A stretch of DNA of 64,000 bases from Alphaproteobacteria bacterium (GCA_947457935.1 CANGXP010000003.1:29256-93255); one strand, 5' to 3'. Positions 10,489-22,248 are shown, counted from the stretch's first letter. Made by a program: numbers and translations. Notes: a model not told the origin generated them from the sequence alone.

Positions 10489-11643
10489 ATGCTCGCTGCC
10501 CTTGCCCCCCAACCTGATAGTGCTTTTTCTTTCACAGCAGAACGCAACCTGTTTTTAAAGGCGTTGTTGCACACACAAAACATTGTGGAGCGGCGCAATA
10601 CCGTGCCCATTCTGGCGAACGTGTTGGTGAAAAATAGTGGCGGGTTGTTGTCGCTCACCGCAACGGATATGGATTTAGACATTGTGGAAGGCGTGCCGTC
10701 TGTGGAATGCAGCGATGGCGCGACAACACTGCCCGTGCATATGTTGTGCGATATTGTGCGTAAACTGCCTGATGGCTCGCAAATCACCCTTAAATCAGAT
10801 GGCGATAGAGCAGAATTAGTGTGTGGGCGTTCGCAATTTACTTTGCCGTGTTTGCCAGTGGAAGATTTTCCTGTGATTGGACAGGGCAATTTGCCGCATA
10901 GTTTTTCTATGCCTGTTGCAGATCTAAAAGAGCTGATTGACCACACGAAATTCGCCATGTCGACCGAGGAAACCCGCTATTTCCTGAATGGCTTGTTTTT
11001 CCATGTTGCTGTGGAAGGGGAATCGCAAGAAAACGTGTTGCGGATTGTGGCGACTGATGGGCATCGTCTTGCGCAAGCACAAGTGCCGTTGCCTGAAGGC
11101 GCGGCAGAGATGCCCGCCGTTATTATTCCGCGTAAAACCGTGGTTGAATTGCGCAAATTGCTTGATGAAGTGAATGAGCCGATCACCGTCGGGATTTCCC
11201 AGAACAAAATTTCTTTTGCGTTTGGCGGGGTGCGCTTGACCTCCAAGCTCATTGACGGCACGTTCCCTGATTATAAAAAAGTCATCCCGCAAAATAACGA
11301 CAAAATCCTCACCGTGAACACCAAAGCGTTTGCAGAGGCGGTTGACAGGGTTGCAACCATCTCCACCGATAAGATTCGCGCTATTAAACTCCATATTACC
11401 AGCAGTCAAATTACACTCACCGCAGCGGGTTCAGACAGTGGACGTGCTCAAGAAGAATTGGAAACGGTTTATGGCGGGCAAACGCTGGAAATCGGCTTTA
11501 ACTCCCGCTATTTGCTGGACATCATCGGGCAAATCCAGACAGAACGCACCGCACTTGCCCTATCCGATGTTGCCGCCCCCACCATCGTGACGGAGCCAAA
11601 CAGCACTGATGCGCTGTATGTTATTATGCCGATGCGGGTGTAA
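10489..11643 (+). CDS. dnaN: DNA polymerase III beta sliding clamp
   Basis: 384 aa with three beta-clamp domains. LKALLHTQNIVERRNTVPILANVLV is the typical DnaN N-terminus. Confidence 0.9.
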   Translation: MLAALAPQPDSAFSFTAERNLFLKALLHTQNIVERRNTVPILANVLVKNSGGLLSLTATDMDLDIVEGVPSVECSDGATTLPVHMLCDIVRKLPDGSQITLKSDGDRAELVCGRSQFTLPCLPVEDFPVIGQGNLPHSFSMPVADLKELIDHTKFAMSTEETRYFLNGLFFHVAVEGESQENVLRIVATDGHRLAQAQVPLPEGAAEMPAVIIPRKTVVELRKLLDEVNEPITVGISQNKISFAFGGVRLTSKLIDGTFPDYKKVIPQNNDKILTVNTKAFAEAVDRVATISTDKIRAIKLHITSSQITLTAAGSDSGRAQEELETVYGGQTLEIGFNSRYLLDIIGQIQTERTALALSDVAAPTIVTEPNSTDALYVIMPMRV

Positions 11644-11830
11644 TCGGTATTAATATTTTTTAGCTCGTTCTCCAAAAACTTCTTGCATTATCCGCAAAAA
11701 AACGTATTACTAAACCATACGCACGTGCCTATGGCCCTTGAGTGGTTACGCTACGACGTACTTTTACTTTAGACAGGGTGTCAAATCCCTGCTGACGCGA
11801 AGGTTACCGTTGGAACCAATCAGGGGGGAC

Positions 11831-13057
11831 ATGTTCATGAAAATGAATTCTGCTTCTTTGCCGCATGTTTTTGCGGCAAGCACTGCTATTAAAAAACAAT
11901 CATCTCCTGCAATCATAAAAAAACTTGAAACGCGTGCGTTTTCAAGTTCTCGTGCGCTGATTCATGCGCTGCAGCCTGTTGTTCCCACCTATCTGATGCG
12001 TCATGCATTGGTGGAACGTGCCGCAACAGAATTTGCACAGCAATTTAACGGTACAACACTGTATGCGGTGAAAGTCAATCCTTCGCGCAAGGTGCTGATG
12101 GGGTTGGCAAAGGCGGGCGTGAGTCACTTTGATGTTGCATCGTTAGATGAGATTCAACTGGTGCGCCGTTTTGCGCCCAAGGCAACGCTGTTTTTCATGC
12201 ATCCTGTAAAGGCGCGTGAAGCCATTGCGGAAGCGTATCAGCACTATGGTGTGCGCGTTTTTGCGGTGGACTGCACAGGCGAGCTTGCCAAAATTCAAAA
12301 ACAAACCCATAACGCCAAAGATGTGTCTTATTTCGTGCGTCTGTCTTTGCCGCATAAAAGTAGTGCGGCGATAGATTTATCACAAAAATTTGGCGCGGAT
12401 TTTGACGAAGCTGTGGCGTTGCTGCAAGCGGCGCGTCCTCATGCTGTCAAACTGGGTGTGACCTTCCATGTGGGGTCACAGTGCATGGATCCTGCGTCCT
12501 ACACCCAAGCGATTAGCTATGCGGCGTCTGTTATTAAAGCAAGCAGTGTGCCTGTTGAGATGATCGACATTGGCGGCGGTTTTGCGGTGGCGTATCCTGA
12601 TATGAATCCGCCGTCTTTGGGTGTATATATGGCGGCGATTGATGCTGCCTTCCATGACAACGATTTACTGCATCTTGAGCGTTTCGCCGAACCAGGGAGA
12701 GCGTTAGTCGCAACGGCGGGTAGCCTTGTGGTGCGTGTAGAATTGCGAAAAGGCAATTTGTTGTATCTCAATGATGGTACCTACGGCGGCTTGTTTGACG
12801 CAGGCAAAAACATTGCGTTTCGCTTTCCGTGTAATGCAATGCGTGTGGGTGGCGATTTGTCTGAACAGTTGTTGCCGTTCCGTTTTGCGGGCCCTACCTG
12901 CGATTCCCTCGATATGATGGAAGGCCCTTTCCATCTGCCGAAAGATATTGATGAGGGCGATTACATCGAAATCGGGCAGATGGGCGCATACAGCGAGTGT
13001 CTCCGCACGGGCTTTAACGGCTATAAAGACTATTTGTCTTTCGATATTGCGGAATAA
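11831..13057 (+). CDS. ornithine/lysine decarboxylase (fold-type III PLP enzyme, Orn/DAP/Arg decarboxylase family 2)
   Basis: YAVKVNPS (PLP-Lys motif), FHVGSQCMDP and GPTCDSLD. Start placed at the MFMKMN Met (11831), which follows a GGGGGGA Shine-Dalgarno. Confidence 0.8.
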   Translation: MFMKMNSASLPHVFAASTAIKKQSSPAIIKKLETRAFSSSRALIHALQPVVPTYLMRHALVERAATEFAQQFNGTTLYAVKVNPSRKVLMGLAKAGVSHFDVASLDEIQLVRRFAPKATLFFMHPVKAREAIAEAYQHYGVRVFAVDCTGELAKIQKQTHNAKDVSYFVRLSLPHKSSAAIDLSQKFGADFDEAVALLQAARPHAVKLGVTFHVGSQCMDPASYTQAISYAASVIKASSVPVEMIDIGGGFAVAYPDMNPPSLGVYMAAIDAAFHDNDLLHLERFAEPGRALVATAGSLVVRVELRKGNLLYLNDGTYGGLFDAGKNIAFRFPCNAMRVGGDLSEQLLPFRFAGPTCDSLDMMEGPFHLPKDIDEGDYIEIGQMGAYSECLRTGFNGYKDYLSFDIAE

Positions 13058-13069
13058 ATTCATCCCCCT

Positions 13070-13100
13070 CTTGACATTGTGGATATGACTTCCTACATGT
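13070..13100 (+). promoter_or_regulatory. sigma32-type heat-shock promoter of groESL (CTTGACA-N15-CCTACATGT)
   Basis: Matches the alphaproteobacterial RpoH consensus CTTG-N17-18-CYTATNT. Sits immediately upstream of CIRCE and groES. Confidence 0.55.
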
Positions 13101-13127
13101 TTGGCACTCGTGAGATGCGAGTGCTAA
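13101..13127 (+). promoter_or_regulatory. CIRCE operator (HrcA binding site) TTGGCACTC-N9-GAGTGCTAA
   Basis: Near-perfect match to the CIRCE consensus TTAGCACTC-N9-GAGTGCTAA, located 50 bp upstream of groES. Confidence 0.85.
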
Positions 13128-13176
13128 TACCCGTTTTCTCCGAACATTGATATAACCAACCTAAAGAGGTACTACC

Positions 13177-13494
13177 ATGAGCTTTAGACCCCTGCATGAC
13201 CGCGTACTCGTACGCCGCATTGACGCGGAAGAAAAAACCGCTGGCGGGATTATTATTCCTGACACCGCAAAAGAAAAACCCATCCAAGGCGAAGTGATCG
13301 CTGTGGGTGCGGGTAGCAAAAACGACAAAGGCGAAATCCAAAAATTGGATGTGAAAGTCGGCGATGTGATTCTGTTTGGCAAATGGTCTGGCACGGAAGT
13401 GAAAATCGATGGGCAAGACCTGCTGATCATGAAAGAATCAGACATTCTGGGCGTGCTGGAAGGCGCGTCTGCAAGCAGTAAGAAGGCTGCTTAA
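13177..13494 (+). CDS. groES: co-chaperonin GroES
   Basis: [35 protein letters not shown] is canonical GroES. Confidence 0.96.
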   Translation: MSFRPLHDRVLVRRIDAEEKTAGGIIIPDTAKEKPIQGEVIAVGAGSKNDKGEIQKLDVKVGDVILFGKWSGTEVKIDGQDLLIMKESDILGVLEGASASSKKAA

Positions 13495-13555
13495 GGAGGC
13501 AAGAGTAGGAAGGCGGGAGGTTACTCTTGCCTGACAACTCCCACCTAATATTTAA

Positions 13556-15238
<1,683 letters not shown>

Positions 15239-15275
15239 ACCGTTTACGACACTCTATTGTACTATTGCGAAGAAA

Positions 15276-15308
15276 AACCGTCCTTGGCAACAGGGGCGGT
15301 TTTTTTTG
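15276..15308 (+). terminator. rho-independent terminator after groEL
   Basis: GC-rich imperfect hairpin (ccgtccttggcaacaggggcgg) followed by a T9 run. Confidence 0.55.
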
Positions 15309-15417
15309 ATTTTTTATGAAATATCCGTAATAGCAGGTCTGTGAAAGTGCCTTATAGTTGTGAAATTCCTCATATTTTCTCTATTTAGTTGCTTTTGAAA
15401 TAAAACAATAAAAAATT

Positions 15418-15446
15418 TTGACAAGCATACAAAAGTATGTAATATT
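15418..15446 (+). promoter_or_regulatory. sigma70-like promoter TTGACA-N16/17-TAATAT with embedded palindrome CATACaaaaGTATG
   Basis: Sits in an extremely AT-rich 170-bp region upstream of the XRE regulator. The inverted repeat between -35 and -10 suggests an autoregulatory operator. Confidence 0.45.
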
Positions 15447-15508
15447 AGAAATATAAAATTTAATATTTTATTTTTAAAGAAATTATTTTAACTTATAATA
15501 GGATTTTT

Positions 15509-15997
15509 ATGGAAACTAGTATGAAAAAAGAAGTAAATGAATATAAAAAAGAAATCGGATTGCCACATGTTGTTGACATTCATGTGGGGCAACGTATGCG
15601 CTTGCGCCGAACAATGCTTGGTATCAGCCAAGAGAAGTTAGGAGCAACACTAGCATTAACATTCCAGCAAGTACAGAAATATGAACGCGGCGCGAACAGA
15701 ATTAGTGCTAGCCGTCTGCATGAAATCAGCAAAATACTTAAAGTACCTGTTGCCTTTTTTTTCGAGGATCTTGAAAAGCTCGATTACCCTGTGGTTTCTA
15801 CACAAGCCGTAGGGAGTGTTGCTGGAAATTCTGCAAGTGCGTATGAAGCCCCTGCAAACGACCCCATGACACGTCAAGAGACATTACGTCTTGTTCGTGC
15901 GTATTATCGGATTGATGATGCAGCCGTGCGTGAGCAATTCTGTGCCCTCCTTGAGAGTTATACGCGCACACCAAGCAGTGTGAAAAAAGCAGATTAG
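15509..15997 (+). CDS. XRE-family helix-turn-helix transcriptional regulator
   Basis: The N-terminal QRMRLRRTMLGISQEKLGATLALTFQQVQKYERGANRISASRLHEISKIL is a classic Cro/C1-type HTH. The ~80-aa C-terminal extension has no recognised family. Confidence 0.75.
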   Translation: METSMKKEVNEYKKEIGLPHVVDIHVGQRMRLRRTMLGISQEKLGATLALTFQQVQKYERGANRISASRLHEISKILKVPVAFFFEDLEKLDYPVVSTQAVGSVAGNSASAYEAPANDPMTRQETLRLVRAYYRIDDAAVREQFCALLESYTRTPSSVKKAD

Positions 15998-16129
15998 TTT
16001 TCGTATTAAACGTTTTTTACTCCGCGCTCGTCATGCCTAAATAATTTAGTCGCATGGTACTGCTCTTCATTAAGAAACAGCCTATTCTCTTTTGAGATAG
16101 GCTGTTGCCATAAGTTTGTGGGGAAGGCA

Positions 16130-16168
16130 TAAAAAAACGCCTCTCGTTTGACGGAGAGACGTTTTTCT
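16130..16168 (-). terminator. rho-independent terminator downstream of dnaK (bidirectional hairpin)
   Basis: Hairpin acgcctctcgtttgacggagagacgt, flanked by A7 on the plus strand (T7 on minus) and TTTTT on the plus strand. Confidence 0.55.
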
Positions 16169-16195
16169 TAAGATTCTCGAAAATGCTTAGAAGGC

Positions 16196-18127
16196 CTAGC
16201 TCGCCGCCTTCTTATCATCCTTCACTTCTTCAAAGTCAGCATCGACGACTTTTTCGTCGTTTGCAGCTGTGCTAGATGCTTCTGCTGTTTGCGCACCAGC
16301 GTCACCCGCCGCAGCGCCTTCTTGCTGTTGCTTGTAAATCGCTTCGCCTAACTTCATGGCGGCTGCCGTCAGTCCTTCGATTTTATTGCGCAGGGTATCC
16401 GCATCTTCGCCTTCTTTCGCTGCTTTCACCGCCTCAATGTTTTGCTCAATCTCGGTTTTCTCAGAAGATCCGATTTTATCGCCATATTCTTTGAGGTTTT
16501 TCTCGGTGGAGTGCACGAGGCTTTCTGCTTGGTTGCGGAGTTCTACCAATTCTTTGCGTTTTTTATCCGCTTCGGCATTGGCTTCGGCATCGCGTACCAT
16601 TTTCTCGATGTCGGCATCAGACAAGCCACCACTCGCTTGAATGCGGATTTGCTGCTCTTTGTTCGTTGCCTTGTCTTTGGCAGATACGCTCACAATCCCG
16701 TTTGCATCAATATCAAACGTCACTTCAATTTGTGGCATCCCACGCGGTGCAGGGGGAATGCCCACAAGGTCAAACTGCCCCAAGATTTTGTTATCCGCCG
16801 CCATTTCGCGTTCCCCTTGGAACACGCGAATGGTTACCGCACTTTGGTTATCATCAGCGGTAGAGAACACTTGGCTTTTCTTGGTCGGAATGGTGGTGTT
16901 GCGCTCAATCAGGCGGGTGAACACGCCGCCTAAGGTTTCAATACCTAATGAAAGAGGGGTTACATCCAGCAACAACACGTCTTTCACGTCGCCTTTCAAG
17001 ACACCGCCTTGGATAGACGCACCAATCGCCACCACTTCATCAGGATTTACGCCTTTGTGCGGCTCTTTCCCGAAGAAGTTTTTGACGATTTCTTGCACTT
17101 TCGGCATACGGGTCATCCCGCCCACCAAAATCACTTCATCAATTTGTGAGGCGGTTAAGCCTGCATCTTTCAACGCCGCTTTGCATGGCTCAACAGTGCG
17201 TTGCAGCAAGTCCTCCACCAAGGCTTCCAACTTTGCGCGGGTGATGGTGACGTTCAAGTGTTTAGGACCGTTTTGGTCAGCAGTGATGAACGGCAAGTTT
17301 ACATCGGTTTGCGACGCGCTCGACAATTCGATTTTCGCCTTCTCTGCCGCTTCTTTCAAGCGTTGCAGCGCAAGGGTATCGTTTTTAAGGTCAATCCCCT
17401 GTTCTTTTTTGAATTCACCTGCAAGGTAATCAACAATGCGGTTGTCAAAATCTTCTCCCCCAAGGAAGGTATCGCCGTTGGTGGATTTCACTTCAAACAC
17501 GCCATCGCCAATCTCGAGGATGGACACGTCAAACGTACCACCACCAAGGTCATACACCGCAATAATGCCGCTGTTTTTCTTGTCCATGCCGTAGGCAAGG
17601 GCTGCCGCTGTTGGCTCGTTAATAATTCGCAATACTTCCAGCCCTGCGATTTTTCCTGCATCGCGGGTTGCTTGGCGTTGGGCATCGTTAAAGTAGGCAG
17701 GCACGGTAATAACCGCCTGTGTAACAGTCTCGCCGAGGTGGCTTTCCGCTGTTTCTTTCATTTTTTGGAGTGTGAACGCGCTGATTTGGCTGGGGCTATA
17801 TTTTTGCCCGTCTGCTTCTACCCATGCATCGCCTGTGTCACCCTTCACAATTTTATAGGGCACTAAGCCTTGGTCTTTTTTGGTCAACGGGTCATCAAAA
17901 CGGCGACCAATTAGGCGTTTAATTGCAAAAAAGGTATTGTGGGGGTTGGTCACCGCTTGGCGTTTCGCTGCTTGACCTACAAGCCGTTCACCTGTTTTGG
18001 TGATTGCCACGATAGAGGGCGTAGTACGCGCCCCTTCAGAGTTTTCAATAACCTTAGAGCTTTTGCCATCCATGTAGGCAACGCAAGAGTTGGTTGTGCC
18101 TAAGTCAATGCCGATAATGTGCGCCAT
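16196..18127 (-). CDS. dnaK: molecular chaperone DnaK (Hsp70)
   Basis: [21 protein letters not shown]..., then [10 protein letters not shown] and [13 protein letters not shown]. Start placed at the Met preceded by the AAGGACAG Shine-Dalgarno (18127); the ORF-track start at 18169 adds 14 non-conserved residues. Confidence 0.97.
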   Translation of the reverse strand: MAHIIGIDLGTTNSCVAYMDGKSSKVIENSEGARTTPSIVAITKTGERLVGQAAKRQAVTNPHNTFFAIKRLIGRRFDDPLTKKDQGLVPYKIVKGDTGDAWVEADGQKYSPSQISAFTLQKMKETAESHLGETVTQAVITVPAYFNDAQRQATRDAGKIAGLEVLRIINEPTAAALAYGMDKKNSGIIAVYDLGGGTFDVSILEIGDGVFEVKSTNGDTFLGGEDFDNRIVDYLAGEFKKEQGIDLKNDTLALQRLKEAAEKAKIELSSASQTDVNLPFITADQNGPKHLNVTITRAKLEALVEDLLQRTVEPCKAALKDAGLTASQIDEVILVGGMTRMPKVQEIVKNFFGKEPHKGVNPDEVVAIGASIQGGVLKGDVKDVLLLDVTPLSLGIETLGGVFTRLIERNTTIPTKKSQVFSTADDNQSAVTIRVFQGEREMAADNKILGQFDLVGIPPAPRGMPQIEVTFDIDANGIVSVSAKDKATNKEQQIRIQASGGLSDADIEKMVRDAEANAEADKKRKELVELRNQAESLVHSTEKNLKEYGDKIGSSEKTEIEQNIEAVKAAKEGEDADTLRNKIEGLTAAAMKLGEAIYKQQQEGAAAGDAGAQTAEASSTAANDEKVVDADFEEVKDDKKAAS

Positions 18128-18184
18128 AGTGCTGTCCTTTGTTGTATAGCTAGTAAATGTGTGTGCCATAGAGGCGTTATGCAG

Positions 18185-18212
18185 ATATGGGCACTAATCC
18201 CCCAACGTCAAG
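18185..18212 (-). promoter_or_regulatory. sigma32-type heat-shock promoter of dnaK (CTTGACG-N15-CCCATAT)
   Basis: Minus-strand reading cttgacgttgggggattagtgcccatat, about 60 bp upstream of the dnaK start. A good match to the RpoH consensus. Confidence 0.6.
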
Positions 18213-18216
18213 AGGG

Positions 18217-18438
18217 TTATTCTCTAAAATAGAGCATAAAAATAATAAACGCTACTAACGCTAAGCCCTGCAAGCCAACACGCCACTGCATCAGCGTATT
18301 GCTATATTTCTCGCGCACGGCTCCCCCCTTTGCAGTCACAATAAGACCTGCAACCATTACAACGAGTGTTGCAAGCATGAGGGCGATGAGGAGGTAAATC
18401 ATAGTGATGACCTTTGTGAAGAGAGCATATAGTGGCAA
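18217..18438 (-). CDS. HIG1-domain small membrane protein (twin-TM)
   Basis: 73 aa with two hydrophobic helices and the KGGAVREKYSNTLMQWRV motif, resembling the hypoxia-induced-protein conserved region found in alphaproteobacteria. Confidence 0.5.
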   Translation of the reverse strand: MPLYALFTKVITMIYLLIALMLATLVVMVAGLIVTAKGGAVREKYSNTLMQWRVGLQGLALVAFIIFMLYFRE

Positions 18439-18472
18439 TATAGCTGGCTATATAGCAAAGGCGAGGGGTTTG

Positions 18473-19540
18473 TTAGGCATGGACGTGGTGTTGCATTAAA
18501 TATGGCAATAAATGGGGAATGGTTTGCTGATATTGAGATTTCCCCACAAGCGCGCTGAAAATTGTATATGCGACTTCCGCATCTTTTTGTGCAAGGTTTC
18601 TAATGCCATGTAATTCTTGAGGGGTTATCACTTCAATAGAGATATTATTTAATGGTTTTTGCGTTGTTTCGAAATGCTCAATATATTGAGGGTATTTACG
18701 CATTTGCTGATGGAGCCTTGCTCCTTTTCTATCCGATAATAAAAAACGTCGAAATTCAGAAGCATTGTCATGGTTCTGCAGTGCTTCTAGCATTTCCCGT
18801 AACGGTGCATCTTTTGTAATAATAACATAGCCTTGTTCTGTGGAGTTTTTGTTTGCGGCTGCTTGGATAAGTGTTAGCAATATACCAATATCGGCGGATT
18901 CCCGAAAAAGATCGCGCACTTTTTTATTGTCTTGCGTTGCCATCAGTTGAGAGAGAGCATAGCGATTAGTTACTTCTTTCTCATACCCTAAATTGATACC
19001 ATGCTCCGTAATATCTGTTGGGAAATGAATAAATTTGGGATTATTATTAATGAGTCGTGCTATTTTGCTGCGTTGTTGTTTTATTTCGTCATAATTCACG
19101 CTACCTGTTAATTCAACAGCCAATAATAAGGGAATGTCGAGATAATAATGTATTTTACTGAAGCTATGCTCCCCTGATGCAAAAGCGGCTGTATCAAATG
19201 ATTCTTCTGTATCTTTGATATGTTTGCGCATGACACGACAAATCTTTAAGACATCTCGAACAGACTGCCAATCTTTCCCAGCAGCGCATGTATCAACAAT
19301 AAAATGTAGATTATGCGTTTTTCCTGTGGGTAATTTTAAATGTGGGGGAGAATAGTCCGTTCGAAACAAAAACTTTTCGGGTAATTTTATACCGTAACAT
19401 GCTGCCAGCTCTCTCAAAATTTCTCTATCTTCAGGATTTTTAAGAGAAATGCCCAACTCCCTTGCTGCTCTAAGAGATTTGTTTGCCTTGGGAGAAGTGA
19501 GCTTTTGAAGATTATTTTTAACGTCATCTCGTTGAGACAC
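18473..19540 (-). CDS. hypothetical protein, AT-rich; weak NYN/PIN-like nuclease-domain resemblance
   Basis: 355-aa ORF with strongly AT-biased codon usage compared with its neighbours. The segments HFIVDTCAAG and ADIGILLTLIQAAANKNSTEQGYVIITKDAPL resemble the first and last acidic strands of NYN/LabA-like PIN folds. Confidence 0.4.
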   Translation of the reverse strand: MSQRDDVKNNLQKLTSPKANKSLRAARELGISLKNPEDREILRELAACYGIKLPEKFLFRTDYSPPHLKLPTGKTHNLHFIVDTCAAGKDWQSVRDVLKICRVMRKHIKDTEESFDTAAFASGEHSFSKIHYYLDIPLLLAVELTGSVNYDEIKQQRSKIARLINNNPKFIHFPTDITEHGINLGYEKEVTNRYALSQLMATQDNKKVRDLFRESADIGILLTLIQAAANKNSTEQGYVIITKDAPLREMLEALQNHDNASEFRRFLLSDRKGARLHQQMRKYPQYIEHFETTQKPLNNISIEVITPQELHGIRNLAQKDAEVAYTIFSALVGKSQYQQTIPHLLPYLMQHHVHA

Positions 19541-19632
19541 GGTATTACCTTAAATATAATGCACCCAGTATCGAGTGCGCACAAAAACAGAAAATATAAC
19601 TTTAAAAATCAAATTCGAAAAAGAGCCGAGCG

Positions 19633-20220
19633 TTACCCCCGCACCAAATCCAAAAACTCTCCGCGTAACACCGCATCCGTTTTAAACGCGCCCGTGAAAT
19701 GACGGGTTACCATGTTCATGCCTGTTTTATGTACGCCGCGTGTGGTCATGCACTCATGCTCGCCACTTACGAAGACAGCAACGCCTTTAGGCTCAAGCGC
19801 TTGGTCAATAGAATCTCCGATGGAAGAGGTGAGGGCTTCTTGGATTTGTAGACGCTTAGAAAATACATCGCAGACCCGTGCCAATTTACTAATCCCCACT
19901 ACTCGCTCATTCGGGATGTAGGCAACACTAATAGTGCCAATAATAGGGATGATATGGTGTTCGCAATGCGACTCAAAACGAATATTACGCAAGATGACCA
20001 TATCCGCATATCCTGCCGCATCATAAGAAGCAGTTTGCAGCATTTCTATGGGGTTTTCTGAGTAACCAGCAGAAAACTCTTCATATGCGCGTACTACACG
20101 GGCAGGCGTTTCAATCAGGCCTTCGCGTTGAGGGTTGTCGCCCATCCAACGAATAAGAGTTTCAACGGCACTTTCAGCTTCTGTACGAGAGGGTCTGTTT
20201 TGGGCAATTAAGGAAGTCAT
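19633..20220 (-). CDS. folE: GTP cyclohydrolase I
   Basis: FESHCEHHIIPIIGTISVAYIP and SKLARV motifs. Confidence 0.9.
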   Translation of the reverse strand: MTSLIAQNRPSRTEAESAVETLIRWMGDNPQREGLIETPARVVRAYEEFSAGYSENPIEMLQTASYDAAGYADMVILRNIRFESHCEHHIIPIIGTISVAYIPNERVVGISKLARVCDVFSKRLQIQEALTSSIGDSIDQALEPKGVAVFVSGEHECMTTRGVHKTGMNMVTRHFTGAFKTDAVLRGEFLDLVRG

Positions 20221-20258
20221 AAAGTCTCACTGTTAGGTTATAAGGGGAAATTGTAAAG

Positions 20259-20651
20259 TTATTGAATGCTCATCGGTTGGTAGGGACTATCGAGAGAGAA
20301 GGGGGGTATTTCAATATTGAATGCATCACCATGGGCATTTAACATGCCATAACTCCCCACCATAATGCCAGAGGGTGCATCAAGAGGCGTACCGCTCGTA
20401 TATTCAAAGGCACATCCTGGAGGAATGACAGGTTGTTCACCAACCACACCAATCCCATGTATTTCTTGAATCCGACCAAAACTATCGGTAATCCGCCAGT
20501 ACCGATTGTGGAGTTTGACAGGTTCAGCACTGTTATTATGTATACATACATGATATGCCCATACATAGTGTTCTTCTTCGGGGGAAGATTGATCGTCAAG
20601 ATACATTGGGCTGACGGAAACGGTAATAGCGTTAGTGGTTTTTTGATACAT
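20259..20651 (-). CDS. apaG: ApaG (DUF525) protein
   Basis: 130 aa. VSVSPMYLDDQSSPEEEHYVWAYHVCIHNNS..YWRITDSFGRIQEI.G.GVVGEQP matches the ApaG family. Confidence 0.85.
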   Translation of the reverse strand: MYQKTTNAITVSVSPMYLDDQSSPEEEHYVWAYHVCIHNNSAEPVKLHNRYWRITDSFGRIQEIHGIGVVGEQPVIPPGCAFEYTSGTPLDAPSGIMVGSYGMLNAHGDAFNIEIPPFSLDSPYQPMSIQ

Positions 20652-20796
20652 AGTAGCATTATATAGTTTGTCTGTTTGAGAATGCCAATGGAAACGCGAT
20701 TATTTTGAGCCTTTTCTTACAAAAACTGATACTATAAAAAATATTGAGAGTATTTCTCGCTTATAAAACTGCCTCCCTACCAATTAAGAATGTATT

Positions 20797-21531
20797 ATGA
20801 CTGAACGTATTGCTAAATATCTCGCCCGTTGTGGTGTTGCTTCCAGAAGGGGAGCGGAAGATCTTATTGTACAAGGCTTCATTAAAGTAGATGGGAAAAC
20901 CATCGCATCGCCTGCCTTGAATGTAACAGCGCAAAACAAAATCACATTTAAAAATAAGCCTGTCGTGTTGCCTGAAAATACGCTTCGCCTTTGGCGGTAT
21001 CATAAAACAAAAGGGCTTCTTACCACGAATAAAGATCCTGATGGGCGCCCCACTATTTTTGAAAAATTGCCTGAAGAGTTGCCGCGAGTCATTACAATCG
21101 GGCGATTAGATTTAAATAGTGAAGGGTTATTATTGCTCACGAATAATGGTGGTTTAGCAAGGTATTTGGAATTACCCAGTACAGCATGGAAGCGCACCTA
21201 TCGAGTGCGCGTGTTCGGGAAAATAGACAATACGATTTTAGAACCATTAAAGCACGGCGTTACAATTGAGGGTGTGAAATATGCGCCTATTATGGCAGAG
21301 CTAGAACGTCAACAGGGTGACAATGCATGGCTGCTTGTAACGCTAACAGAGGGTAAAAATCGCGAAATCCGTAAAGTGATGGAATATCTGGGGTATTCGG
21401 TGAATAGATTGTTGCGTGTTAGCTATGGCCCTTTCCAATTAGGAAAGCTTGCCGAGGGGGGCGTAGAAGAAGTGCCATTGCGGATATTAAAAGCTTCTCT
21501 CGGCAAAGAATTAATGGAAAAATTGCGGTAA
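20797..21531 (+). CDS. rluB: 23S rRNA pseudouridine synthase, RluB/RsuA family
   Basis: N-terminal S4 domain (RIAKYLARCGVASRRGAEDLI) and PseudoU_synth_2 catalytic motif (GRLDLNSEGLLLLTN). Confidence 0.85.
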   Translation: MTERIAKYLARCGVASRRGAEDLIVQGFIKVDGKTIASPALNVTAQNKITFKNKPVVLPENTLRLWRYHKTKGLLTTNKDPDGRPTIFEKLPEELPRVITIGRLDLNSEGLLLLTNNGGLARYLELPSTAWKRTYRVRVFGKIDNTILEPLKHGVTIEGVKYAPIMAELERQQGDNAWLLVTLTEGKNREIRKVMEYLGYSVNRLLRVSYGPFQLGKLAEGGVEEVPLRILKASLGKELMEKLR

Positions 21532-21999
21532 TTATCGCTGTGCAGTCGTCGTATTAGTCTCACTACTTGCCATTGAAATGGCAATCCCTGTTTCAGTTGC
21601 TGTTGTCGGAATAAGAGTTGCGGCAAGAGTATCGCCGCTAACTTTTGATGCTCCACTTTTTACAGGCCCTTGCCAAAAGATTTTGTTTCCCTCTTGAGAA
21701 ACTTGATAACAGCTCCAATCAGGTGTGCTAGGCCACTTTGAACAAACCATACCGTCATCCGTAACGGTCCAAATTCCTTTTTCTTTTTGTGTACCATCAT
21801 GATCAACAACAGTTTCTGCGGCGGCATTAAAATACTGTTTTTGTTGTCCTTCTTCTCCTTCCCATACAACTGCGTTATTCACTAAAACAACACGGATGGT
21901 ATCAGCAGGAAGAATTTCTGCAGCGGTGGCATTGTGTAGTGGTAGTGCTACGCTACACAACGCGGAAAAAGCAATAAACGGAAGGGTAAGTTTATTCAT
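21532..21999 (-). CDS. hypothetical secreted/periplasmic protein (signal peptide)
   Basis: N-terminal signal peptide MNKLTLPFIAFSALCSVALPLHNATA. About 130 aa mature protein with 2 Cys and no clear family; possibly DUF995-like. Confidence 0.45.
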   Translation of the reverse strand: MNKLTLPFIAFSALCSVALPLHNATAAEILPADTIRVVLVNNAVVWEGEEGQQKQYFNAAAETVVDHDGTQKEKGIWTVTDDGMVCSKWPSTPDWSCYQVSQEGNKIFWQGPVKSGASKVSGDTLAATLIPTTATETGIAISMASSETNTTTAQR

Positions 22000-22248
22000 G
22001 TGTTACTCCTAAAACTGCCGTTTTGTATTTATATTTCAATAATACACGATAATGAGCCTTACGTAAAAACAAAAGTACGTCAAGATAAAAAACACAGATA
22101 AAAAACACATAAGAACTAATTTAATAACGCCAAAGTTGGGTGCAGCGCACAATAAAATCCCTAGGAAACACACGGTGATAAACGCAAAAGCGAGATGCAG
22201 ACCCTCTTAATTTTTTCTGCATTGCAGCATTTGACAGAAGCGATTTAT

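Noticed and set aside
16641-17429. 262-aa and other ORFs antisense to dnaK (16442-16933, 17201-17866)
   Set aside because: Shadow ORFs on the opposite strand of the highly conserved dnaK. No independent signals.
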